From positions 1 through 29,634 of the forward strand of contig CAWBHS010000015.1 of the NCBI GenBank assembly GCA_963788655.1: 29,634 bases of DNA, written 5' to 3'. The position numbers and the translations under genes are program-made. The DNA comes from an uncultured Verrucomicrobiae bacterium (GTDB taxonomy: Bacteria > Verrucomicrobiota > Verrucomicrobiia > Limisphaerales > JAFGQR01). Under the pieces are notes generated by a model. It did no database searches, was not told the origin of the DNA, and saw nothing but the letters and a program-made list of their open reading frames with translations. This document shows, one piece after another, positions 19,179-29,158 of this stretch (its first letter is position 1; every line of letters begins with the position of its first letter).

Positions 19179-20016
19179 GGGCGTAAAGCACGCAGAATTC
19201 CTTGAGCCAATGTGTGGCCGCAGCACGGACCTGCCGTCCCACTGCCAGAACTTCGGCATGGGAAACGGTGCCATTACTGCGGCCGGCGGCCAGATTGGTG
19301 ATGCAGGACATCGCGGCCACCGCCAATCCGTGTTGCTTGGCCACAATCGCTTCCGGCACCGTGCTCATTCCGATGGCGTCCGCGCCCAGTTGCCCGAAGG
19401 CGCGGATTTCCGCCGGAGTTTCGTAGGAAGGACCGGCCACCGCCACATAGACTCCTTCGTGCAAACGCAGCTTCACTTTCTTCGCCGAAGTCTTGAGCAT
19501 CCGGTTCAACCGCCCATCATAAACGTGGCTCAAATCCACAAACCGTTCCCGTTCCTCCGGCGGTTCGCCCCGCAGGGGATTAATCCCCATGAAATTGAGG
19601 TGATCCTTCAACAGCATGAAGTCCCCCGGTCGATAGCGTTTGTTGATGCCCCCGGCGGCGTTGGTCAGCAACACATCTTGAATCCCCAACTCGGCCATCA
19701 CCCGGACGGGAAACGTCACCGTCTCCATCGAGTGCCCTTCGTAATAGTGCGCCCGGCCACTCAACGTTAGCAACGGGGTGGCCCCCAGCAGTCCAAAACG
19801 CAATTTGCCGGCATGTCCGGCCACACTGGTCTTGGGGAATCCCGGCAGTTTGGCATACGAGATTTCCAGCGCCACCCGCAAGCCGGGCAGTGTCTCCCCA
19901 AAACCGCTCCCCAGTACGATCGCCAACGTCGGCCGCAAGGAACACAACTTGCGCAACCGCGCCGCAGCCAGGCGGGGCTCAATTCCGGAAGCGCTCGAAC
20001 TGGTAACGTGACTCAT
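19168..20016 (-). CDS. punA: Purine nucleoside phosphorylase (trimeric type)
   Basis: IVLGSG, GRAHYYEG, LTNAAGGI, GPSYETPAE, GMSTVPE and CITNLAAG. Confidence 0.93.
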   Translation of the reverse strand: MSHVTSSSASGIEPRLAAARLRKLCSLRPTLAIVLGSGFGETLPGLRVALEISYAKLPGFPKTSVAGHAGKLRFGLLGATPLLTLSGRAHYYEGHSMETVTFPVRVMAELGIQDVLLTNAAGGINKRYRPGDFMLLKDHLNFMGINPLRGEPPEERERFVDLSHVYDGRLNRMLKTSAKKVKLRLHEGVYVAVAGPSYETPAEIRAFGQLGADAIGMSTVPEAIVAKQHGLAVAAMSCITNLAAGRSNGTVSHAEVLAVGRQVRAAATHWLKEFCVLYAHDR

Positions 20017-20081
20017 ATCGCCGCCATTGTTTCGTGGAAGCGTTTTGCATTCAATTCCCAACTTCAAATTTTCAACGTGCC

Positions 20082-20476
20082 AGCGTGCTGCCGGCGTCCC
20101 GCCGGCAGAAGCGAGCGCAAACGAGAGCCCATTCCATCACCAAACCCACATCGCGCACCAGTAGGACAGCCGTCCCGGCTGTTCTGGATGCTACTACCCG
20201 TTCGCCGTTTCAGAGAGCTTGTCCGAATCATCGGAAGCCTTTTGGAAGTTCGGGACAGGCGAGACGCGCTGTCCTACGTTTTCGTGCATTCCCACGGCAA
20301 CTGGAAGACGCCACCCCCGTTCCAAACTGCCGGCCAGATTCCGGCAGCACGCTGCGGCAACGTGCTGCCGGCGTCTCGCCGGCAGAAACGGACGCGGAAA
20401 GTGCGCTCGATCATATAACCTCGGTTCGAAAGTGATATCTCCGTTCGATCTGCCCGCAGGATGCCGGCAGCACGTT
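20082..20476. repeat. Composite REP cluster: four family-A REPs with a GTAG-type (family B) doublet nested in the first pair
   Basis: A> 20082-20108, B> 20161-20184 (GTAGGACAGCCGTCCCGGCTGTTC), <B 20253-20277, <A 20327-20353, A> 20359-20385, <A 20450-20476. Confidence 0.88.
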
Positions 20477-20527
20477 GCGACCTTGCTTTCTGCATTCGCA
20501 CAACTACTCTGGGTCGCAAGATGCGCT

Positions 20528-21676
20528 ATGCAATTGTCCAATGACGAACTCCGCCGCTACGCACGGCACCTGACGTTGCCGGAAGTCGGCCGGGCCGGTC
20601 AGGAAAAGATTTGTTCCACCAGTGTCCTGTGCATTGGTGCCGGGGGACTGGGCTCGCCGATTGCCATGTATTTGGCGGCGGCCGGGATTGGCAAACTGGG
20701 GCTGGTGGATTTTGATGCCGTAGAATTCTCGAATCTCCAACGCCAAATCATTCACGGCACCGACAACGTCGGCCAGCCCAAAACTGCGTCCGCCCAGGCG
20801 ACCCTGCACCGGCTCAATCCAGGAGTGGACGTCGTGGTTCACGAAACCCGCCTGACCAGTCGGAACGCCCTCGAAATCATTCGACCCTACGACATTGTAG
20901 TGGACGGCACGGATAATTTTCCCACACGTTATCTGACCAACGATGCGTGCGTGCTCCTGGGTAAACCCAACGTCTATGGCTCGATCTTCCGGTTCGAAGG
21001 GCAAGCCAGCGTGTTTGCGCCACATCTGGGTGGACCGTGTTATCGCTGTTTGTATCCCGAACCACCACCCCCTGGGATGGTGCCCAGTTGTGCCGAAGGA
21101 GGCGTGTTGGGCGTGTTGCCGGGGCTTATCGGGTGCATTCAAGCCACGGAAATCCTCAAGCTTGCGCTGGGTCAGGGCAGTCCGTTGATCAGCCGGCTGC
21201 TGCTGTTCAATGCCCTCGACATGACATTTCGCGAATTGAAACTGCGGCGCGATCCCCAATGCCCGATCTGCGGCGAGCATCCCACCATCAAAGAGTTGAT
21301 CGATTACCAACAATTCTGCGGCCTCCCGGCCGAGCCAATGAATGCAGCCAATCACCCCGACGAAGTAACCGTTCACGAGATGCAACGCGCGCTCACGAAT
21401 TCGCAACTCGGTATCCAGGTCATCGACGTTCGCGAGCCGGACGAATACGAGATCGCGCACATTAGCGGCACCCGCCTGCTTCCCTTGGGTCAACTGGCAC
21501 AACGGTTCACCGAACTTGATCCGCAGCAAACCTATTACCTCCACTGCCATAGCGGCGTCCGGTCCCTAAAGGCGGTCAAGTTTCTGCAAGCGCAGGGTTT
21601 TAAGTACGTCAAGAGCGTGAAGGGCGGCATCCAGGCGTGGTCTGATGAAATTGATCCTAGCGTCCCGAAATACTAA
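20528..21676 (+). CDS. moeB: MoeB/MoeZ-type adenylyltransferase with C-terminal rhodanese domain
   Basis: RYARHL, GAGGLGSP, SNLQRQ, DGTDNFPTRY, CYRC, CAEGGVLG and CPIC; rhodanese DVREPDEY...CHSGVRS. Confidence 0.95.
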   Translation: MQLSNDELRRYARHLTLPEVGRAGQEKICSTSVLCIGAGGLGSPIAMYLAAAGIGKLGLVDFDAVEFSNLQRQIIHGTDNVGQPKTASAQATLHRLNPGVDVVVHETRLTSRNALEIIRPYDIVVDGTDNFPTRYLTNDACVLLGKPNVYGSIFRFEGQASVFAPHLGGPCYRCLYPEPPPPGMVPSCAEGGVLGVLPGLIGCIQATEILKLALGQGSPLISRLLLFNALDMTFRELKLRRDPQCPICGEHPTIKELIDYQQFCGLPAEPMNAANHPDEVTVHEMQRALTNSQLGIQVIDVREPDEYEIAHISGTRLLPLGQLAQRFTELDPQQTYYLHCHSGVRSLKAVKFLQAQGFKYVKSVKGGIQAWSDEIDPSVPKY

Positions 21677-21751
21677 TGCCGATTCAACCTTGTAACCGTT
21701 GAACGAAGCACGTGCGGCTCTGCCGCGCTGAGTTCATCCGTAGTTGAACCT

Positions 21752-23009
21752 ATGACTGGATTTGCCTCTCTTATGCTTGGCGTTGATTGGTTTGAAACTG
21801 TTGGCGGAATGCTGGTTGGAATGGATCAATGAGCGCCATGTAAAATTGCAGGGCGACGAAGTGCCGACGGCGTTCAAGGAAACCATGGACACGGCGACTT
21901 ACCAAAAATCAGTTCGCTACACGGCGGCCAAAAGCCGGCTGTCGCGATGGGAGACTGTTTATGGGACGCTGGTGCTGATCGGCGTCTTGTTCAGCGGTCT
22001 GCTGCCTTGGAGCCATCGGTGGTTCACCGATTGGTTGGGTGGCTCGGCGTGGGGCTTGGCGGCCTACCTCATGGCCATCGGTCTGTTACTCTCGTTCGCC
22101 AATCTGCCGTTTGGTTGGTATTCTCAGTTCGGGTTGGAGGAACGCTTCGGCTTTAACAACACCACCACCCGGCTTTGGTGGGCCGACCGGGGTAAAGGGC
22201 TGGCATTGAGCCTGGCGCTGGGCTATCCGCTGCTGGTGCTGATTCTCAAAATCATGGAATGGACCGGCGCGGAATGGTGGCTCTGGGCGTGGGGCTGTCT
22301 GTTGGCCTTCCAATTTCTGATGTGGATTCTGGCGCCGGTGTGCATCATGCCGCTGTTCAACAAATTCACGCCCCTGCCCGCAGGTCCGTTGCGCGACGGG
22401 ATCCTCCAATTGGCCGAGCGCACCGGTTTTCAGGCCAGCCAGGTGCAGGTGATGGATGGCAGTAAACGCTCGCGCCATTCCAACGCCTTCTTCACCGGTT
22501 TCGGGCGCTTTCGGAAGATCGTGCTGTTTGACACGCTCATCCAGCAATTGAGCATTCCCGAAATGGAGTCCGTGCTCGCCCATGAAATTGGCCATTACCA
22601 GAAGCGTCATCTTCCCAAAATGTTCGCGGCTTCGGCCGCCGGGTCGCTGGTCGGGTTTTACCTGATTGCGTGGCTGGCGGACCAGGCGTGGTTTTGCCAA
22701 AGCTTTGGTTTCACCACGGGCAACCAAGTCGTGGCGTTGCTCTTGTTCGTCTTGCTTAGCGGAGTGGTGACGTTCTGGCTTTCCCCCCTGATCAATGCCT
22801 TCTCCCGGCGCTACGAATACCAGGCCGATGCCTTTGCCGCCCGCACCATGGGCGCTGCCCAACCTCTGGTTGCGTCCCTGCGTAAACTCGCGGAAAAGAA
22901 CCTGAGCAATTTAACGCCGCACCCTTGGTACAGCGGTTTTTACTACTCCCACCCAACCCTCCTGGAGCGCGAAGCGGCGCTGGCGCAGATTGAGCGCCGG
23001 TGTAATTGA
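21752..23009 (+). CDS. M48 (Ste24-type) membrane metallopeptidase; start uncertain (ATG 21752 with possible +1 indel near 21780, or TTG 21762)
   Basis: 'LEERFGFN', 'PLFNKFTPL', 'MDGSKRSRHSNAFFTG', HEIGH zinc motif, 'EYQAD' and 'YSHP'; multiple TM segments. Confidence 0.93.
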
Positions 23010-23108
23010 AACCGCTGACGCACCACGCGCGGCACCATTGGCAACGATGCGCTGCCTTACGGCCGCTGGCTTTGTGAGCCGGGTGTGTTATCAATAGACG
23101 ATCCTGAT

Positions 23109-23390
23109 ATGAATTCGCGCTGGTTATCCTTGTTTGCCCTGGTGCTGCTGGGGGGTTCGGCCAAGTCACAGACGACCGAAGTGATCATCGCAACGAATTC
23201 GACCTGGCGCTATTTCAAGGGAACCACCGAAGCGTCCGTGCCGACGAATTTATGGCGTGAATTGTCCTTTGACCATTCCTCGTGGCTGACGGCTTCCGCG
23301 CCGTTCCATTACACGAACACTTCGACTCGCATTGACTTGCCCGATTTGGATGCGCGGCAGTGTTTTGTTCGTGTGCAACGGCTCCCCTGA
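23109..23390 (+). CDS. 93-aa secreted protein; probable internally deleted remnant of a large surface protein
   Basis: Signal peptide, then 'NSTWRYFKGTTEAS..WRELSFDHSSWLTASAPFHY' domain stub, then directly a terminal 'RQCFVRVQRLP*' tail. Confidence 0.6.
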   Translation: MNSRWLSLFALVLLGGSAKSQTTEVIIATNSTWRYFKGTTEASVPTNLWRELSFDHSSWLTASAPFHYTNTSTRIDLPDLDARQCFVRVQRLP

Positions 23391-23433
23391 AAATGGCGCG
23401 CTTCCGTGCTTCGGCGCAGGAGAGTCAAGACGT

Positions 23434-24114
23434 TCACCGCTTCTTCAGCGTGATCCCCACGCCGGCACCATCCATCAGCACAAAGGAGGTATCCAAATCC
23501 GGATTGGTGGTGATGGCTTTGAGGTACCGCGGGTCGGGCGTCGGACGGCGCATGTTGTGCGCGAAAATCAATCCGCCCGGCCGCACCAGCGGCAACAGTT
23601 GGTTCAGGTAATCGATGTAGCCGTCTTTGTCGGCGTCGATAAACACGACATCGATGGGACCTTTCAGCCGTTTCACCGTTTCATGAGCGTCACCTTGCAC
23701 TACGGTGACGAGGCGATCGACGCCGGCCTTGGCGAAATTCTTCCGGGCGATTTCGGCCCGGTCCGCATCGTATTCGTGGGTGATGAGCTTGCCGCCGGTC
23801 GAGAGCAAGGCCCGCGCAAACCACAGGCCGGAATAGCCGGTCGAAGTGCCGATCTCGACCACCGTTTTGGCGCCCATCGCTTCGGTTAATTGCGACATCA
23901 ACCGGCCGTCGGCTTGGGAAACGCTCAAGTACCGCCGGCTCGGGTCTTTGCCCATAACTTCCAACACCTCGAGCACTTTCTTTTCAGCATCGTTCTTGGG
24001 CAACGGCGCTTTGGCCAGTTCGGCCGCGGCGCCGAATTGGGCGAGCACAAGCTGACTGGCAGTGAGGATCAAGGTTGCGGTCGTGAGCAGGGAATGAGGT
24101 TGCAGCTTCATCAT
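23434..24114 (-). CDS. O-methyltransferase (Methyltransf_3/CCoAOMT-like) with N-terminal signal peptide
   Basis: VVEIGTSTGYSGLW, QGDAHETV, DVVFIDADKDGY and RPGGLIFAHN; N-terminus MMKLQPHSLLTTATLILTASQLVLA-Q. Confidence 0.9.
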   Translation of the reverse strand: MMKLQPHSLLTTATLILTASQLVLAQFGAAAELAKAPLPKNDAEKKVLEVLEVMGKDPSRRYLSVSQADGRLMSQLTEAMGAKTVVEIGTSTGYSGLWFARALLSTGGKLITHEYDADRAEIARKNFAKAGVDRLVTVVQGDAHETVKRLKGPIDVVFIDADKDGYIDYLNQLLPLVRPGGLIFAHNMRRPTPDPRYLKAITTNPDLDTSFVLMDGAGVGITLKKR

Positions 24115-24209
24115 ACAGTTAAATGGTTTGGTTTAAATGACCTCGCCAGTCTCAGGGGATTTTGAAACGCCGTCAATGCACTATCCTGGCAGACGCATCA
24201 GTTCTCGTT

Positions 24210-24298
24210 CTCTGTGTCCCTGTGTCTCTGTGGTTTGCCACCGCAGCGCCGCAAGCGTGACGGATTGGAGGGAACCACAAAGACACAAAGGCACAGAG
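24210..24298. repeat. Inverted doublet of ACCACAGAGACACAG-type repeat (family D)
   Basis: CTCTGTGTCCCTGTGTCTCTGTGGTT (24210-24235) versus AACCACAAAGACACAAAGGCACAGAG (24273-24298): 22/26 complementary. Confidence 0.75.
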
Positions 24299-24512
24299 GA
24301 AGGTGAAACGCCGCAAGGGCGAGAAAAGCGCCGATCGCCCCCAGATTCTCAGAAAACATCAAAATGAAGTCGAACCAGTCGGACTGCGCGCATACAAATC
24401 AGCCAGCTTGTTCGTCAGTTTCGATACGAGCTCCATTTTTCAACGCACTTCAATTCATAAATATCAATAACCGACGCAATCAGACTGTTTGGGACGATTC
24501 CAGAGTTCAAGA

Positions 24513-27500
24513 TTATTCAATGCCGCGCCTGAGGCGGAAAAACCTCCAAGCGCCGCTAGGGTCGATCCGTAATGGAGTGCAGGCTACGGTTGGTCTCCCA
24601 CTCCAATGCCTGAATATTCGTCGTCCAATTCAAGCTACTAATATTACTGCTGGCTTCCACTGCAAAACCACAGGCATTGGTCGGCCATTCCAAAACCGTG
24701 TCCCCACTTGCAGTGCGGCGCAGTGTCAAGAGCACGTCTGAATTACAGGCTGGTGCGAGCAGCCGGACATTGTCCAAGCAATCCGTTTCTTTACCGTGCC
24801 GATACTCGGCCCGTATCCACATCTGGTCAAGAGCACTTAGCAACCGCAGCATCTGGTCTCCAGTAAACGGCGAACCATTAAGGTCGTTAGCCGTCCATCC
24901 TGCATCGGGCTGCAAAGGCACCTGGAAGTGCGTCCATTGGATCCCGGGGTAATGTGAAAGCCGGTACACGATTTTTAATCCTGCGCCACTCAGGATGATA
25001 TTATCCGCTGTTTTCGGATTGGCTGTCTCGGATATTTTGAGGTCAAAGTCAATATAACCACCAAATATCGCGGACTTATTTCCAAGGAAGGTTGGTGGAG
25101 CCACCCAATAGATAATATCCCCACTTGGAATATCTTCTGCCTGGATATAACCGCCAGGGTTTCCTGATGATACAACATGTATCGGCTCCAGCGAGACCGG
25201 ATCTCCCACCAAACCCCAATCTTCCGCGTCGGTTTCAAATGCACTTTGGAGCAACATGGTGTGACTTGAATCGACCGAAGAGGATTGCCTGCAGTCCGTA
25301 AGTTTCTCCAGCGGGATTCCTAACGAGTACTGAATAATTGCCGGCTTGGTCGGACTGGATGTTTGGGAGGAACAGTGCGGAGTTCGTGGCATCGTCGATG
25401 TTCATGCCACCGAACTGCCATTGATATTCCACCCATGGAGTCGAATTGGCCGCCAGCACTGGCAACCTCAAGTTCGCTCCGGCAAGGACGGAATACGTCT
25501 CTGGCTGGGTTAGCAACACTGGTCGTTGCGTGTTGAATAGGCGTTTCGCCAACTGCCCCCAAGTATTGGTCGCTCCACTGTCATCAGCATGCTGTACTTG
25601 AAGGAGGTAATCTTCATCAAATAGGAGCCTGGGCAGGCCAGCATAACTGTTAACAAACGTGCCGTTTTGCAGCTCCGCCGTAAGCAGGCACTGGCTATTC
25701 GTGCATAGCAAGATCCAGATCAACTCAGGTGGGTCCACCGTCCAAATCTCCCACTGTGTTGCTGCATGCGTATCGCCCGTATCCGGATCAGAAAAGGAAT
25801 CGGCCGCCATTAGGAAGTTCGTCGGATTAACGGTATAGCCATCGAATGCCGGCAGTGCGATACCCGGCGCATTGGGAGGTCGATTCTCTCCCGGAGTTGC
25901 GGGGAATAAGCTCGCTGCTGTTACGTGCTCTTCAGCCTGATGGCTGCTGTGCCATTGTAGTTCGATCCGGGAATTGCCAATGCCTTCCCAATAATCTATT
26001 TGAATTGGATACCGCCGTCCTGCTTGCAGATCAATTTGACCGCTTGCTGAACGTAAGGTCCCTGGCCCAAAGTCGTCCACAATTCGATGGCCATTGATCC
26101 ACAGCCGCACACCGTCGTCCACTGACGTGGTGAAAGTGTACGTCTCGGAGAACCTAGCCTCAATCTCGCCTGTCCAGCGAACACTAAAATTGTTCGCTCC
26201 GATGCCCGATATTGGTGCGGCTTCGTTCCACCTGAAGTGAATGTGAGGATCCTGCCGAACGAGGGCTGCCCCAGAGAAATTGACGTTGTTGAAAAATTCA
26301 GCCCGCAAACCATTCACGGTGATGCCTATGGTTGAATCGACGCTCCTTTCCAAATCATCCACCGCGGTGGCCGTGATTACATGAAATCCGGGCGGTACGT
26401 TGCTCCAACTCAACGAAAAAGGCGGCGCGGTCGCTGTTCCCAATAACACACTCGCTGTTCGGAACTGCACGTATTGGATTTCGTTGGATACTGCGCTGGC
26501 GTTTGCCTCAATTACCAAATTAGTGGGAGTTGACAATTCGACCGGCACGATAGGAGCTACGAGGCTGACCGAAGGCCCGTCCATAAGGATGTGAACATTG
26601 TCGAGCCCCCAGCTCTCGTCAGTAAGACCTTGAAGACCTGAACCAGAAAAAAGAATCTGCACATAATCTCCCGAATGCTCAAACGTATACGAGAGATGGT
26701 AAACCGAGTCTTCTGGAGTATAGCCAAGTGTGTCGATTTCCCGCGCCCCGGTTCGGCCATCAAAGCTGCCTAGAAAATAGTCGTCCGGATAAGACTGCGG
26801 CTTGCGATAATTTCTGTTGACAAATGTAGTCCGGAGCAAGAGCGGTCCTCCCGAAACCCGCAATTCCCACAAGTCTGGACCTGGCGTCGTATTGCCATCC
26901 CAAGAGCCAATGACAAATAGATCAAAGTCAATGGTCAGCCTGCTATGCGGCGGCAGATTGCTTCGAGTGAGCGTCAAAGTCTGGTTGCCAAACCGGCCGA
27001 GGAATCGCCGTCCTCCCAGCGGAGTAACTTCCGTGCCTGTGCTTGACCATTCATCGGTGACCGCAGTCTCGAAATTATAGGAATAAACAACAGTCGAAGC
27101 AACCGGCTTAGGCGGCTTGCGTTTACCAGCACCGCCCGCTTCAAAAATTGAAAGAACCTCCTCTTCTCTAAGTTCGCGATTGTAAACAGCGACTTCGTCA
27201 ACTAGGCCCGGAAAGTTGTTGCCTTGGCAACAGAAATCGCCGCCGATTTGAGTTCCGTCACTGGTGCCGATATAGCCGGGCTCCACCGTGCCCGAATTCT
27301 TGAGTTGTCCATTAACATAAATCCTGGCCGTGCTTCCGTCGCATGTACCTGCCACGTGGTACCACGTGTTAGTCTCCACAAGTTCGCCGGCACCGACGGT
27401 GCTGTTACAGTCCGACGACGGAGGTTTGATCCCGACCCCAAATTGACCATTTTGCATGCATATACCCCAATCCTTGCAGGCGGAAAAAGCCCCCACAATG

Positions 27501-29158
27501 GTCCTCCGACCGGCGGGGGTGGACGAGGATTTACCCACGCCTCCACGGTCCATTTGGCTCCTGGCGACCATTGGCCCAGGTCCACGAAGTCGTTTGTACC
27601 ATCAAGTTGAAACGCTAGTCCGACCAACCCCGTGGCAAAAGTCGCTCCGCCTTGCATAATTCCAGGATGCCCGCCAAAGCCATCGTTTGCTGAGCCGTCG
27701 CCGTCCCATCTGCCAATCAATCCTGGAGGCGAAAACAAAGCGGTAGCAATTTCGCCGTGTAACCGAGCGAGGAAAATGTCCACAGCGCCTGCACCTTCAA
27801 GCGTGGTAGCACCAAATTCGGCAGGTCCTCTGAATAATCCAGTTAAATATGCGTTTCCCATTGAATCGGCTGCCACTCCACGTCCCAATTCGTCGGCGTC
27901 ACCGCCCACACGGCGCGCCCAAAGCACCTCTCCCATTGCATTATATTTTGCCACGAAGGCGTCTTGTCCGCCCCGACTTGTTATGCTGGCTCCGGAAAAT
28001 GTGGCAGTACCTTCAAAATCCCCTGCCACGAAGGCGTTCCCCGATGAATCTACCGCAATGCCCCGGCTGGAAACGTAGATTTCGCCTTCGGCCTGGCGAA
28101 CCCAGCGGAGATTGCCCAAACCATCATACTTGGCGACAAACGTACCGGAGCTGCCAGTGCTGGTCAGATTCGACGAGTTCAAGGTCAGTGAGCCAACAAT
28201 CGGTCCAGTCACCCATACATCTCCTCGTCCGTCCAAAGCGATAGACTGTCTGTCAAAACCGTACATGAAGCTTGATGCACCTTCTGTGGCGGCGCGGGCC
28301 CAGATCTCGTTGCCCTCGCTGTCATATTTGGCCAGAAACAAGCCGTTCCCCACCAGGCTGATGGAGCCAAAAGACACGTCTTCCTCAAAATCCCCCGCCA
28401 TGAACACGTTGCCCTGGCTGTCCGCGACGACAGCGTTGCCTTCATCTCTTGCTTGTCCACCTGCCTGACGCGTCCACAACGCGTTTCCTCCAGTATCTGG
28501 TACTTCGTTAGAAAAATGTCGTTGGCGCCGCTGCTGTTCAACGTTGCCGAACCGAGGATGATTCCACCGTAAAAATGCCCGGCCACATACACGTGGCCAA
28601 GACCATCCAGCGCTAGGCTATTTCCACTGGAACTCGATACCCCCGTTTGGGGAAACGCCTGCCGTACCAAAGGACGTTGCCATTCCGATCATATTTGGCC
28701 ACAAACATGGTCCCTGGATCTGGACTGGTCACGGTAAAAGGGCCGAAAGTAGCGGAACGCGAAAAAAAGCCGCTTACGTACACATTGCCCTCCTGATCCA
28801 CGGCGATGCTCTTTCCACAGTCACTCATAGTTCCTCCGGCTTGCCGCACCCAGAGCAGTCCACCGGCAGAGTCATACTTGGCAACAAAGATGTCCCAACT
28901 GGTGCTGCCTACTGAAACATTTGTTGTTCCAAACATGCCCTCTCCCATGAAATATCCAGTAACAAAGATGTTCCCTGAGCCATCCACTGCGATGGCACGA
29001 CCGCTGTCGTTGTTTGTACCTCCAGCCCAGACGGCCCAATCAAAAAGGTCGGGCTGTTGCTGGAGCGCGCGGGATTCGGTGGGGCCGTAGCGAGCTGCTG
29101 CAGCAGCCGCAACGAATATGGCGTTGAGTATTTTTGGGATAATGGGATTCTTCTTCAT
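24513..29158 (-). CDS. ~1,540-aa secreted multidomain protein: SBBP-type beta-propeller repeats, LamG, beta-sandwich, Ig-like, PA14, Ig, laminin-IV-like, C-terminal RFFRL tail; five apparent indels (~28667, ~28499, ~27527, ~25280, ~24577)
   Basis: ORFs 28613..29158, 28209..28670, 27202..28479, 25235..27571 and 24556..25392 join into one reading with 1-2 base corrections (LWVRQAFPQ; KYDTGGNALWTRQ; AWVNPSSTP; ILSVDSSHT; ITIDPSGAWRFFRLRRGIE*). Motifs: repeated 'IAVDxxGNxYVTG...DIFVAKYDxxGxxxWVRQ'; LamG 'WYHVAGT.DG..ARIYVNG...VDEVAVYNREL'; PA14 'NFSVRWTGEI...VDDGVRLWING'. Confidence 0.85.

Noticed and set aside
20219..20527. 103-aa N-terminal extension of MoeB
   Set aside because: It runs through the REP cluster; family homology begins at MQLSNDELRRYARH (20528).
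2150..28670. Programmed ribosomal frameshifting or phase variation at the frame breaks
   Set aside because: No shared slippery heptamer or long homopolymer; breaks are scattered over unrelated genes including rnhB, so sequencing error is more parsimonious.
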